Origin: Candidatus Egerieisoma sp.
GTDB taxonomy: Bacteria > Bacteroidota > Bacteroidia > Bacteroidales > UBA932
Assembly: GCA_045636765.1 (NCBI GenBank)
Contig: JAZTYE010000004.1
Location: 1-50,347, forward strand
Direction of reading: 5' to 3'
Length of the DNA: 50,347 nucleotides
The notes beneath the pieces are model-generated. The model did not search any database. It saw only the letters and a program-made list of their open reading frames with translations, and was not told the origin of the DNA. The translations under genes and the position numbers were made by a program. Positions 1 to 9,265 of the stretch are shown one piece after another (within the stretch, counting starts at the first letter, position 1; every line of letters begins with the position of its first letter).

Positions 1-9
1 ACAACACTT

Positions 10-3000
10 ATGATTTTATTCTTTGGTGCCGGTAATGGTACGGTTATAGCCGTTAAGGCTAAAGAGACACTGTCTCAAGAGAATATAAGCGCCTTGCAGT
101 GGTTGTTTGGCAACGCCACCCTATTGGAGGGAGAGACTGTAAGCGGCAACTTTGTGGGTCCAAGACGTGAGATGATTACCCCTTGGAGTACAACAGCAGT
201 TGAGATTACACAGAACATGAACATCTGTGGCATTGAGCGTATGGAGGAGTTCTTCCCTACTGAGAGCGAGGATCCTCAGTATGACAAGATGCTTCAGAGA
301 TTCTATAAAGGTCTTGACCAGGAGATTTACACTATAGACAAACAGCCGGATCCGGTTATCTATATAGAGGATTTTGAGGCATACAACAAACAGGAGGGTC
401 TTGCCCTTAACCCTGAGGAGATAGAGTACCTTAAAGGTCTTAGCCAGAAACTTGGCCGCGGCCTTACAGACAGTGAGGTATTCGGTTTCTCTCAGGTAAA
501 CTCTGAGCACTGCCGCCATAAAATCTTTGGTGGAGTATTCATCATCGTCGGCAAGGAGATGGAGAGCTCATTGTTCAACATGATTAAGAAGACCTCAAAA
601 GAGAATCCGAACCTTATTGTAAGTGCATACAAAGACAACTGCGCATTCCTTGAGGGTCCTAAAGTGGCAATGTTCCACCCTACCAGCGGAAGCCAGCCAT
701 CTGAGTTTGTAACCAGAGAGGCTGAGACTGTAATCTCACTAAAAGCCGAGACCCACAACTTCCCTACCACTGTTGAGCCTTTCAACGGAGCTGCAACCGG
801 TTCAGGCGGAGAGATCAGAGACCGTATTGCTGGTGGTAAAGGTAGCTTCCCGATAGCTGGTACCGCTTGTTACATGACTTCATACCCAAGATTTGGTGAG
901 GGTGTAGAGGCAACTGCAGGTGTTAACCCTCAGCTAAGCACCGAGCCTGGCAAAGGTGCAGCAGACCTTTCTGATGCATCATGTGCAGCAGCAATGGCAG
1001 TAGAGCGTGACTGGGAGAAAACCCCTGCCCGTCCATGGCTATACCAGAGCCCTCAGGAGATCCTTACAAAGGCTTCTAACGGTGCTTCAGATTTTGGAAA
1101 CAAATTCGGCCAGTGTATCATCTGCGGAAGTTTGCTTACTGCAGAGCTTGAAGCTCAGAGAAAATTCGGTTTTGATAAAGTTATAATGTTGGCAGGTGGT
1201 GTAGGTTATGCCAAGAAACGTGACGCCCTTAAAGAGACCCCTGCTGTTGGAGACAAGGTTGTTCTTCTTGGTGGTGACAACTACCGTATTGGTATGGGTG
1301 GTGGCGCAGTAAGTTGCGTTGATACCGGCCAGTATGCAAATGCCATTGAGCTTAATGCAATCCAGCGTTCTAACCCTGAGATGCAGAAGAGAGCTTACAA
1401 TGCTATCCGTGCAGTTGCTGAGTCTGACAACAATACTATTATAAGTGTACACGACCACGGTGCTGGCGGACACCTTAACTGTTTGTCTGAGCTTGTAGAG
1501 GAGACCGGTGGTAATATTGATATCAGCAAACTGCCTGTAGGTGACCCTACCCTTTCACTTAAGGAGATTATTGGAAACGAGAGCCAGGAGAGAATGGGTC
1601 TTGTTATGCAGGAGAAGGATATTGCAGAGCTTAAGGCTATTGCTGAGCGTGAGCGTGCCCCTATGTATGTTATCGGTGAGACTACAGGTGAGCACAACTT
1701 TACTTTGCGCAATGAGAAAACTGGTGAGGCTGCAATTGACCTTGCCATGAAGGATATGTTTGGAAGTGCTCCTAAAACTTATATGAAGGACAGCACTGCC
1801 GAGTACAGATTTGCCCCTATTGCTTACGATCCTGCCAAATTTGAGTACTATGTTGGCCAGGTTCTACAGCTTGAGAGCGTTGCTTGTAAAGACTGGTTGA
1901 CAAACAAGGTTGACCGTTCGGTTACAGGTCTTATTGCAGGCCAGCAGACTTGCGGTGAGATTCAGTTGCCTTTGAACAACCTTGGTGTTACTGCAGTAGG
2001 ATATAATAATAAGGAGGGTATTGCAACCTCTATGGGTCATGCCCCTATGGTTGCCTTGGTTGATTCTGCAGCCGGTTCACGCATGGCTATCTCAGAGGCC
2101 CTTACAAATGTAGTTTGGGCTCCTTTGAAAGACGGCATTAAAGGTGTATCCCTAAGTGCAAACTGGATGTGGCCTTGCCGCAACGAGGGTGAGGATGCAC
2201 GCCTTTACAAGGCAGTTAAGGGTGCCAGTGATTTTGCATGTGCCCTTGGCATTAACATCCCTACCGGAAAAGACAGTATGAGTATGACCCAGAAATACCC
2301 GTCGGGAGAAAAAGTGCTTTCCCCTGGTACTGTAATCATCTCTACCGTAGCACCTGTGGAGGATATAAACAAGATTGTTCATCCTAACTTGCAGAATAAT
2401 CCCGACAGTTCATTGCTTTACATTCCATTTGTAAATGGTCCTGCTAGTGCAGGATTTACCCCTGAGGGTGAGGCTGAGGCTCCTGCTGCTAAAGAGGCTT
2501 TCCCTCTTGGCGGTTCTGCTTTTGCCCAGGTTACAGGCCAGGTTGGCAATGTTGCTCCGGATGTTGAGAATACTGAGTACTTTGGTGCTGCCTTTGCTGC
2601 TGTTCAGAAACTGGTTTCAGAGGGTCTTGTACTTGCTGGTCATGACATTTCTGCCGGTGGTATGGTTACTGCGGCTTTGGAGATGTGCTTTGCTAATGTA
2701 AACGGCGGTTTGGCTGTTAACGGACGTACCCTTCAGATGTTGTCTGAGGCTTGGGGTTCTTCTAACGGTACAGATTCTATTTTCAAGGCGTTGTTCTCTG
2801 AGACTCCTGGTGTTCTTGTTCAGGTTGCAAATGAGAAGCTTGCTCAGGTTGCTGAATATATTAATGTAGTTTCTACTCCTGTTGCTGCAGAGGTTGAGGC
2901 TACCGGTGCAAAAGCATACGTTATTGGTAATTATCTGCCAGCACGCAAAGTTGTCATTACAGGCTTTGGTGCTGCTGATGCAGTTTCTTTGGATATTGAT

Positions 3001-3957
3001 GCATTGAGAGATGTTTGGTACAAGACTTCTTACTTGTTTGACATCCGTCAGGTTGGTGAAACTTGTGCTAAAGAGCGTTTCCAGAATTATAAGGCTCAGC
3101 CTCTTGTTTACAAATTCCCTGAGAGCTTTACCGGTTCGTTGGCTTCTTATGAGGGTGTTGCTTGTTCAGTTGATGGAGGTGCTGCGTTGGCTCCTGCTGC
3201 TGATGCCCCTATGGCTGCAATTATCCGTGAGAAGGGTTCAAACGGTGACCGTGAGATGGCTTGGGCTCTTCACCTTGCAGGTTTCAGAGTTAAGGATGTG
3301 CATATGACAGACCTTATCTCAGGCCGCGAGACTTTGGAGGAGGTTAAGATGATTGTATTTGTGGGTGGTTTCTCTAATGCTGATACCCTTGGTTCTGCCA
3401 AAGGTTGGGCTGGTGCATTCTTGTACAATGCCAAAGCTAAGGCTGCCCTTGATGCATTCTATGCAAGGGAGGATACAATGAGTTTGGGTATATGTAACGG
3501 TTGTCAGCTTATGGCTGAACTTGGTCTTCTTACCCCAACTGCACGTGAGCTTTCTCCTAAGATGGTTCACAACAATTCTCATAAATATGAGAGTGCGTTT
3601 GTGGGTGTTACAATTGAGGATAGCCCATCTATCATGTTGCGCAGCCTTTCTGGCAGCAAACTTGGTATCTGGGTTGCCCACGGTGAGGGTAAATTCTCGT
3701 TCCCTGCAGGGATGGAGCACTTCAATGTAGCTGCCCGTGACAACTACAGTGCTTACCCTGCTAACCCTAACGGTTCACCTGAGGGTATTGCCGGTGTCTG
3801 CAGCACAGACGGCCGTCACTTGGCAATGATGCCTCACCCAGAGCGCTGCTTGCGCCCTTGGAACTGGGCCCACTACCCTGCTGAGCTCCGCACCCAGGAG
3901 ATCACTCCATGGATTGAGATGTTCATCAACGCACGCAAATGGTGTGCTGCTAAATAG
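10..3957 (+). CDS. purL: Phosphoribosylformylglycinamidine (FGAM) synthase, single-chain large form
   Basis: The 1315-aa ORF has an N-terminal SEHCRHKIF motif and two PurM-like repeat halves (DHGAGGH, GHDISAGG). The C-terminal class-I glutaminase carries LGICNGCQLM, HGEGKF and MMPHPER. ATG at 10, but the frame is open to the window edge, so the true start could lie upstream. Confidence 0.95.
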   Translation: MILFFGAGNGTVIAVKAKETLSQENISALQWLFGNATLLEGETVSGNFVGPRREMITPWSTTAVEITQNMNICGIERMEEFFPTESEDPQYDKMLQRFYKGLDQEIYTIDKQPDPVIYIEDFEAYNKQEGLALNPEEIEYLKGLSQKLGRGLTDSEVFGFSQVNSEHCRHKIFGGVFIIVGKEMESSLFNMIKKTSKENPNLIVSAYKDNCAFLEGPKVAMFHPTSGSQPSEFVTREAETVISLKAETHNFPTTVEPFNGAATGSGGEIRDRIAGGKGSFPIAGTACYMTSYPRFGEGVEATAGVNPQLSTEPGKGAADLSDASCAAAMAVERDWEKTPARPWLYQSPQEILTKASNGASDFGNKFGQCIICGSLLTAELEAQRKFGFDKVIMLAGGVGYAKKRDALKETPAVGDKVVLLGGDNYRIGMGGGAVSCVDTGQYANAIELNAIQRSNPEMQKRAYNAIRAVAESDNNTIISVHDHGAGGHLNCLSELVEETGGNIDISKLPVGDPTLSLKEIIGNESQERMGLVMQEKDIAELKAIAERERAPMYVIGETTGEHNFTLRNEKTGEAAIDLAMKDMFGSAPKTYMKDSTAEYRFAPIAYDPAKFEYYVGQVLQLESVACKDWLTNKVDRSVTGLIAGQQTCGEIQLPLNNLGVTAVGYNNKEGIATSMGHAPMVALVDSAAGSRMAISEALTNVVWAPLKDGIKGVSLSANWMWPCRNEGEDARLYKAVKGASDFACALGINIPTGKDSMSMTQKYPSGEKVLSPGTVIISTVAPVEDINKIVHPNLQNNPDSSLLYIPFVNGPASAGFTPEGEAEAPAAKEAFPLGGSAFAQVTGQVGNVAPDVENTEYFGAAFAAVQKLVSEGLVLAGHDISAGGMVTAALEMCFANVNGGLAVNGRTLQMLSEAWGSSNGTDSIFKALFSETPGVLVQVANEKLAQVAEYINVVSTPVAAEVEATGAKAYVIGNYLPARKVVITGFGAADAVSLDIDALRDVWYKTSYLFDIRQVGETCAKERFQNYKAQPLVYKFPESFTGSLASYEGVACSVDGGAALAPAADAPMAAIIREKGSNGDREMAWALHLAGFRVKDVHMTDLISGRETLEEVKMIVFVGGFSNADTLGSAKGWAGAFLYNAKAKAALDAFYAREDTMSLGICNGCQLMAELGLLTPTARELSPKMVHNNSHKYESAFVGVTIEDSPSIMLRSLSGSKLGIWVAHGEGKFSFPAGMEHFNVAARDNYSAYPANPNGSPEGIAGVCSTDGRHLAMMPHPERCLRPWNWAHYPAELRTQEITPWIEMFINARKWCAAK

Positions 3958-3988
3958 TGATTAGGTTTCTTATACCTATTGATAAGGG

Positions 3989-4025
3989 AGCTCCGCGGCT
4001 GTGCTGCGGGGCTTTTTTATTTTTG
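3989..4025 (+). terminator. Rho-independent terminator after purL
   Basis: A 10-bp stem AGCTCCGCGG/CTGCGGGGCT (two G-U pairs) with loop CTGTG, followed by TTTTTTATTTTT. Confidence 0.7.
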
Positions 4026-4129
4026 ACCTTTTTGACGTCGTCATAAAGGAACCGAATTAAACATTTATATCCGTTTAAAATAAGCTTTATATTCTTTGCT
4101 TTTAGTATTTTGCACAAAATTGATTTGAT

Positions 4130-4930
4130 ATGAATAAAAGGGTTAGAGAGCAGGAAGGGATTATTCATGTGTATTTCAGAGCTAACGGAAGGTACACTGT
4201 GTTTTATGATGATGAAGACAATTATGAGCTTCTGAGGAGGATTGACAGGATGAGTAAAGAGTATGACAGCAAGGTGATGGAGTTTGCATTGATGGGAAAT
4301 CATGCGCATTTTCTGGTGAATACTCTATGTGTATCTGAATTTATGAGGGAGACTTTGAAGAGTTATTCCCGGTGGTACAATAAGAAATACAAGAATAGTA
4401 ATAAGGTGTTTGCTACTCCATTTTCTAGTGCGTGTAAAAGGTCTGAGGAATGGGCTCTTTTGAGTAGCATTTATATTTTGCGGAATCCTGTTGTTGCTGG
4501 TGCGAGTGGGCGCGCTGAGGATTATAGGTGGTCATCTGCTTTGATGCATTATAGTGATGAGAAGAAAGATATCCCTATTGGGTATGAGAATTATCTGCAG
4601 CTTTGTTCTTGTATAGATGTGGATACGAGTATGGTGGATAGCATGTTTGAGGGTTATGATGAATTTTTAGGTTTTGTGAACAAGAGGTCTGTGCAACGTT
4701 CTGATGTTATCCCTAAGGATTCAAAGTGGGAAACATGGCCGATGGAAAGGCTCACTGCAGAGGCTGGCCGGTTGCTTGAGGGAAGAGAACTCAATAATCT
4801 CAGCAGGGAGGAAATTATTGAGCTGATTGTGACTCTGTATAGGGAGACGAACTGCAGGATGAGGCATATTTCTTCTCTTTTGCATGTGGACTACTCTTTT
4901 GTAAAGAGGTGCCTTAAGAGGAGTAAGTAG
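4130..4930 (+). CDS. IS200/IS605-type Y1 (HUH) transposase-like protein, RAYT-like, with C-terminal helix-turn-helix tail
   Basis: HUH motif in GNHAHFLV and catalytic-Tyr context SSIYILRNPVVAG, typical of REP-associated tyrosine transposases. It is solitary, with no tnpB or IS ends, and its coding region is visibly more A/T-rich than its neighbours. Confidence 0.8.
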   Translation: MNKRVREQEGIIHVYFRANGRYTVFYDDEDNYELLRRIDRMSKEYDSKVMEFALMGNHAHFLVNTLCVSEFMRETLKSYSRWYNKKYKNSNKVFATPFSSACKRSEEWALLSSIYILRNPVVAGASGRAEDYRWSSALMHYSDEKKDIPIGYENYLQLCSCIDVDTSMVDSMFEGYDEFLGFVNKRSVQRSDVIPKDSKWETWPMERLTAEAGRLLEGRELNNLSREEIIELIVTLYRETNCRMRHISSLLHVDYSFVKRCLKRSK

Positions 4931-4986
4931 TTGTGCTGTTATTTTAGGGTGTGAAATATATGTACTAGAATATATTTAGAAGCACC

Positions 4987-5017
4987 GCAGCCGGAATAAA
5001 GCATCTCCGGCTGCTAC
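4987..5017 (-). repeat. REP-like hairpin with GTAG cap next to the RAYT-like gene
   Basis: The minus strand reads GTAG-CAGCCGGA-GATGCTTTAT-TCCGGCTGC: a 9-bp perfect stem (4987-4995 / 5006-5014) with GTAG at its 5' edge. Only one copy occurs in this window. Confidence 0.35.
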
Positions 5018-5023
5018 AGTCAA

Positions 5024-5069
5024 CAAAAAAACACCCATGAGAGTTTTATGGCTCTCATGGGATTTTTTT
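5024..5069. terminator. Bidirectional terminator hairpin downstream of the RAYT-like gene
   Basis: A-run, then 10-bp perfect stem CCCATGAGAG/CTCTCATGGG (5034-5043 / 5052-5061), then a T7 run. Confidence 0.6.
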
Positions 5070-5141
5070 GTTGCTGTTGCTTGTGTTTTGGTGTTTGACA
5101 CGGAATTTGCCCATTGGGACGACGTCACAATGGGTGGGCAT

Positions 5142-5172
5142 AAAAAAACCCACCATTAAGGTGGGCTTTTTT
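5142..5172 (-). terminator. Rho-independent terminator after ppdK
   Basis: Stem CCCACC/GGTGGG with loop ATTAA, flanked by A7 on the plus strand (a T-run on the minus strand). It lies 15 nt past the ppdK stop. Confidence 0.7.
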
Positions 5173-5186
5173 ATTTTATGCTAGAA

Positions 5187-7910
5187 TTAGTTCTGAGCGT
5201 TGTGTTTGATTGCAGCCTGTGCAGCAGCAAGACGTGCAATTGGAACACGGAATGGAGAACATGATACGTAGTTCATTCCAGCCAAGTGGCAGAACTCTAC
5301 TGAGTCAGGATCACCACCGTGCTCACCGCAGATACCAACTTTAAGTTTTGCGTTAGTTGATCTACCGCCTTTGATACCCATCTCAACAAGTTTGCCTACT
5401 GAACCTCTGTCCAAAGTCTGGAATGGGTCTGCAGGAAGGATCTTCTTGCTTAGGTAGTCACCCATGAAGCCGCCGATATCGTCACGTGAGAAACCGAAGG
5501 TCATCTGGGTAAGGTCGTTAGTACCGAATGAGAAGAACTGAGCAGTCTTAGCCATCTCGTCAGCAAGGATAGCAGCTCTAGGAATCTCAATCATTGTACC
5601 GTATAGGTAAACGATCTTAACACCCTGCTCTGCCTCAACAGCAGCGTGAACAGTGTCGCAAAGAACTTTCTGGAAATCCAACTCTTTAACTGAAACAGTT
5701 ACAGGAACCATGATCTCAGGCTGTGGAGTGAAGCCCTCTTTAATCAACTCAGCAGTTGCAGTGAAGATAGCGTGGAACTGCATCTCTGAAATCTCTGGAT
5801 AAGTTACACCAAGACGTACACCACGGTGACCCATCATAGGGTTAACCTCGTGTAGAGCCTCACCACGTTTCTTGATATCCTCTGTAGTTATACCAAACTC
5901 TGCAGCCATCTCCTCAATTTTCTCTTTAGTCTCAGGAACGAACTCATGCAAAGGTGGGTCAAGAAGACGGAAGGTTACAGGCTTGCCGTCAAGAACTTTC
6001 ATAGTACCTTTAACTGCCTCTTTAACGTATGGCTCCAACTCAGCAAGTGCCTGACGTCTCTCAGCCTCTGAGTTAGAAAGGATCATCTTACGTAGTTTTG
6101 ATAGAGGAGCCTCTGAGTTCTCACCGTAGAACATGTGCTCGATACGGAACAAACCGATACCCTCTGCACCAAAGTTGATAGCAGTCTGAGCATCCTGAGG
6201 GTTATCAGCATTTGTACGTACACCAAGAACACGGTATTTGTCAACAATCTTCATGTACTCAACAAAGCGTGGGTTCTCTGAAGCGTCCATAGTATCAATA
6301 GCTACATCATAAACGTAACCTTTGCTACCGTTCAATGAGAAGATATCACCCTCGTTGTATACTTTATCACCGATTGTCAAAGTTCTGTTAAGCATGTTGA
6401 TGTGAAGAGCATCGCAACCTACGATACAGCATTTACCCCAACCGCGAGCTACTAGAGCAGCGTGTGAAGTCATACCACCGCGAGCAGTCAAAAGACCGTC
6501 AGCAGCACGCATACCCTCTACATCCTCTGGGTTAGTCTCCTCACGAACAAGGATAACTTTCTCCTTTCTTCCAGCAGCCCCAACAGCCTCCTCTGCAGTG
6601 AAAACGATTTTACCTACAGCACCACCAGGACCAGCAGGAAGACCCTGTGCAATTACAGTACCTTTCTTCTCAGCAGCTGGGTTAAGGATTGGGTGAAGAA
6701 GCTCGTCCAACTGTGCAGGAGCAACACGCATTACAGCAGTTTTCTCATCGATAAGACCCTCAGCAAGCATATCCATTGCCATATTCAAAGCAGCAAGACC
6801 GGTTCTCTTACCTACACGGCACTGTAGCATCCAAAGTTTGCCATCCTGGATAGTGAACTCAATATCCTGCATATCGTGGAAGTGAGCCTCAAGGTTTTTC
6901 TGAATCTGATCCAACTCAGCATAAACAGCAGGCATAGCAGTCTCCAAAGAAGCAAGCTCCTTGTTGTGCTCATTCTTGGTAGCCTCGTTCAATGGGTTAG
7001 GAGTTCTGATACCAGCAACTACGTCCTCACCCTGAGCGTTGATCAACCACTCACCGTAGAATTTGTTCTCACCGGTAGCTGGGTTTCTTGAGAAAGCAAC
7101 ACCTGTAGCAGAGTTGTCACCCATGTTACCGAATACCATTGACTGTACGTTTACAGCTGTACCCCACTCATCTGGAATACCCTCAATTCTTCTGTATGCA
7201 ATAGCTCTCTTACCGTTCCATGATTTGAAAACGGCACCGATACCGCCCCATAGCTGCTCGTAAGCATCGTCTGGGAATGGTTTGCCTAGCTCCTGTTTAA
7301 TTCTAATCTTGAAATCCTCGCAAAGCTGCTGCAAGTCCTCAGTAGTAAGGTCTGTATCTGAAGCATAACCTTTCTCTTTCTTAACTTTAGCAAGCATTCT
7401 GTCCAACTGAACTCTAATTCCGTTGCCCTCCTCAGGCTCAATACCCTCAGCTTTCTCCATTACAACGTCAGAGTACATCATAATTAGACGTCTGTAAGCA
7501 TCATAAACAAAACGAGGATTACCTGTTTTAGCAATAAGAACAGGGATGGTAGCTGAACAAAGACCAATGTTAAGAACGGTCTCCATCATACCAGGCATAG
7601 AGCTTCTGGCACCTGAACGGCAAGAAACAAGAAGTGGAGAAGTAGGATCACCAAATTTCATACCCATGATCTCCTCAGTAGCTGCCATTGCAGCGTTAAC
7701 CTCAGCCTCAAGCTCTTTAGGGTAGTTACAACCATTTTTGTAATACTCAGTACAACAATCAGTTGTAATAGTAAAACCTGCAGGAACCGGAATCTCCAGT
7801 TTACACATCTCAGCAAGGTTTGCACCTTTACCGCCAAGAAGGTTTCTCATGCTGCCATCGCCGTCGGCTGTTCTACCGCCAAAACGATAAACTCTTTTGA
7901 TTTCTGACAT
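5187..7910 (-). CDS. ppdK: Pyruvate, phosphate dikinase
   Basis: 907 aa. Phosphohistidine loop GGMTSHAALVARGWGK, PEP-utilising C-terminal domain with GICGEHGGDP, and an N-terminal ATP-grasp region. Confidence 0.96.
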   Translation of the reverse strand: MSEIKRVYRFGGRTADGDGSMRNLLGGKGANLAEMCKLEIPVPAGFTITTDCCTEYYKNGCNYPKELEAEVNAAMAATEEIMGMKFGDPTSPLLVSCRSGARSSMPGMMETVLNIGLCSATIPVLIAKTGNPRFVYDAYRRLIMMYSDVVMEKAEGIEPEEGNGIRVQLDRMLAKVKKEKGYASDTDLTTEDLQQLCEDFKIRIKQELGKPFPDDAYEQLWGGIGAVFKSWNGKRAIAYRRIEGIPDEWGTAVNVQSMVFGNMGDNSATGVAFSRNPATGENKFYGEWLINAQGEDVVAGIRTPNPLNEATKNEHNKELASLETAMPAVYAELDQIQKNLEAHFHDMQDIEFTIQDGKLWMLQCRVGKRTGLAALNMAMDMLAEGLIDEKTAVMRVAPAQLDELLHPILNPAAEKKGTVIAQGLPAGPGGAVGKIVFTAEEAVGAAGRKEKVILVREETNPEDVEGMRAADGLLTARGGMTSHAALVARGWGKCCIVGCDALHINMLNRTLTIGDKVYNEGDIFSLNGSKGYVYDVAIDTMDASENPRFVEYMKIVDKYRVLGVRTNADNPQDAQTAINFGAEGIGLFRIEHMFYGENSEAPLSKLRKMILSNSEAERRQALAELEPYVKEAVKGTMKVLDGKPVTFRLLDPPLHEFVPETKEKIEEMAAEFGITTEDIKKRGEALHEVNPMMGHRGVRLGVTYPEISEMQFHAIFTATAELIKEGFTPQPEIMVPVTVSVKELDFQKVLCDTVHAAVEAEQGVKIVYLYGTMIEIPRAAILADEMAKTAQFFSFGTNDLTQMTFGFSRDDIGGFMGDYLSKKILPADPFQTLDRGSVGKLVEMGIKGGRSTNAKLKVGICGEHGGDPDSVEFCHLAGMNYVSCSPFRVPIARLAAAQAAIKHNAQN

Positions 7911-7968
7911 AATTGAAAATTATATTAATATATGGTTATAAATATTGTCAATATAGGTAAAGACCGCA

Positions 7969-7976
7969 CAAAAATA
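7969..7976 (-). promoter_or_regulatory. Candidate Bacteroidota -7 box (TAnnTTTG) for ppdK
   Basis: The minus strand reads TATTTTTG, 59 nt upstream of the ppdK ATG. Confidence 0.35.
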
Positions 7977-8032
7977 TAGAATTTTTCCCAAAAAAAAGAA
8001 AGTTTTTAGGAATAGTTCCACCTGGGGATTCT

Positions 8033-9265
8033 TCACCTCCAGTCCCCTCTCAAATTCCACCCTACTGGCACCCCTAGCTCATGAAGATTTTCCAGCAATT
8101 TATCTCTTGTAGAGGCTGCATCATCCTCCACACCATGCTTACCTTCATAAAGGGAGTAGTTTCCCCTGAGCGAAGTCTCGGTCATATTTGGCATTATCAC
8201 ATTTGCCCCGCACATAAGTCCCTTTTCCCTCCCCATAGGGTCAAGCACCTGCAGCGCCGTGGTTGCCGCAATGTTTATGTGCGGCATAAGAATCCTCAGC
8301 CTTGCAATCATATCAAGGCACTCTTCCAACAATTCTCTTCCCGACAAATTCCAGAAGTCCCCTCTTGGCAGCTGAGCCAATTGGTGCAAGCTGTACCCTC
8401 CCGACAAATCCCTGCCCTTTTCCGGATCCCATGCACTAATCTGTGAATCTACATTTTGGCAAGGTGGCATTTGTAAAAAGTTGTCGGGAAGAGGAGTTCC
8501 TTCCCTCCAGTGGGAGACTATCTGGCCAAGTGGGGTATCTTTGTGTGGGATATATGGGCCCATGCCCACCATATCCACCTGCAGCTCCTTCAGGAACTTT
8601 AGGTCCTCATCCAGATGCTGGCGGGTCTGGAACGGCAATCCTATCATTATGCCGCTACCAAGGAGGTAGCCGGCGGTTTTAAGGTCATGCAGGGCCTGCA
8701 CCCTCCTCTCGTATGAGTGGTTAATGGCATCTTTTGCATTGCTTCCGGTATAGGCAAAACCGGGGTGGATCTTTTCATAAAGTTCCTTGTTGGAGGCCTC
8801 AATTCTAAGCAGATACCTTGTAGCTCCCGCTTTCATCCACTCCTTGTACACCTCAAGGGGCTGCTCGCCAAGAGAGAGGGTGATTCCAAGTTCATTCTGC
8901 GGTGGCGCAGTTATGGCCCTACTGCAGTTGAGCACATCCTGCGGATTGCCTCCTGGCTGCAGCTGCCTGATCAGACTCACCAGACGGGTAATCCTCTCCA
9001 CAAACGCACTGTCTGAGCGCTCACCTCCCTGAATTGCAACTGAACCGTACCCTGCATCAAGGGCAAACTGAGCCTCGGCAAGCACCTGCTCATCTGTCAT
9101 CTCATACCGCTGCACATTGCAGTTCCCTCCTCTGATTCCACAATACAGACAATTTTTCCTGCACTTGTTGGAAATCTCAATAAGCCCCCTGAAATACACC
9201 TGCGGCCCCCTATGCTGCAGCTTCAGCTGCAGTGCCAAGTTACGTTGTCCTTTTGTACAACTCAT
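8033..9265 (-). CDS. hydE: [FeFe]-hydrogenase H-cluster radical-SAM maturase HydE
   Basis: Radical-SAM CX3CX2C motif in ISNKCRKNCLYCGIR, a biotin-synthase-like TIM barrel, and position immediately downstream of hydF. It is longer (410 aa) than the ~350-aa HydE I recall, with apparent insertions. Confidence 0.85.
   Translation of the reverse strand: MSCTKGQRNLALQLKLQHRGPQVYFRGLIEISNKCRKNCLYCGIRGGNCNVQRYEMTDEQVLAEAQFALDAGYGSVAIQGGERSDSAFVERITRLVSLIRQLQPGGNPQDVLNCSRAITAPPQNELGITLSLGEQPLEVYKEWMKAGATRYLLRIEASNKELYEKIHPGFAYTGSNAKDAINHSYERRVQALHDLKTAGYLLGSGIMIGLPFQTRQHLDEDLKFLKELQVDMVGMGPYIPHKDTPLGQIVSHWREGTPLPDNFLQMPPCQNVDSQISAWDPEKGRDLSGGYSLHQLAQLPRGDFWNLSGRELLEECLDMIARLRILMPHINIAATTALQVLDPMGREKGLMCGANVIMPNMTETSLRGNYSLYEGKHGVEDDAASTRDKLLENLHELGVPVGWNLRGDWR

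Noticed and set aside
4130-4930. The HUH gene as an active IS200/IS605 insertion sequence.
   Set aside because: There is no tnpB and no recognisable left-end/right-end subterminal hairpin pair of IS200 type. It is a single copy in the window. The extra C-terminal HTH-like region and the GTAG hairpin fit a domesticated RAYT better.
5037-5159. A 40-aa ATG ORF (MRVLWLSWDFFVAVACVLVFDTEFAHWDDVTMGGHKKTHH) in the RAYT-ppdK intergenic region.
   Set aside because: It starts inside one terminator hairpin and ends inside another. Its hydrophobic stretch is simply the translated T-run. It is very unlikely to be expressed.
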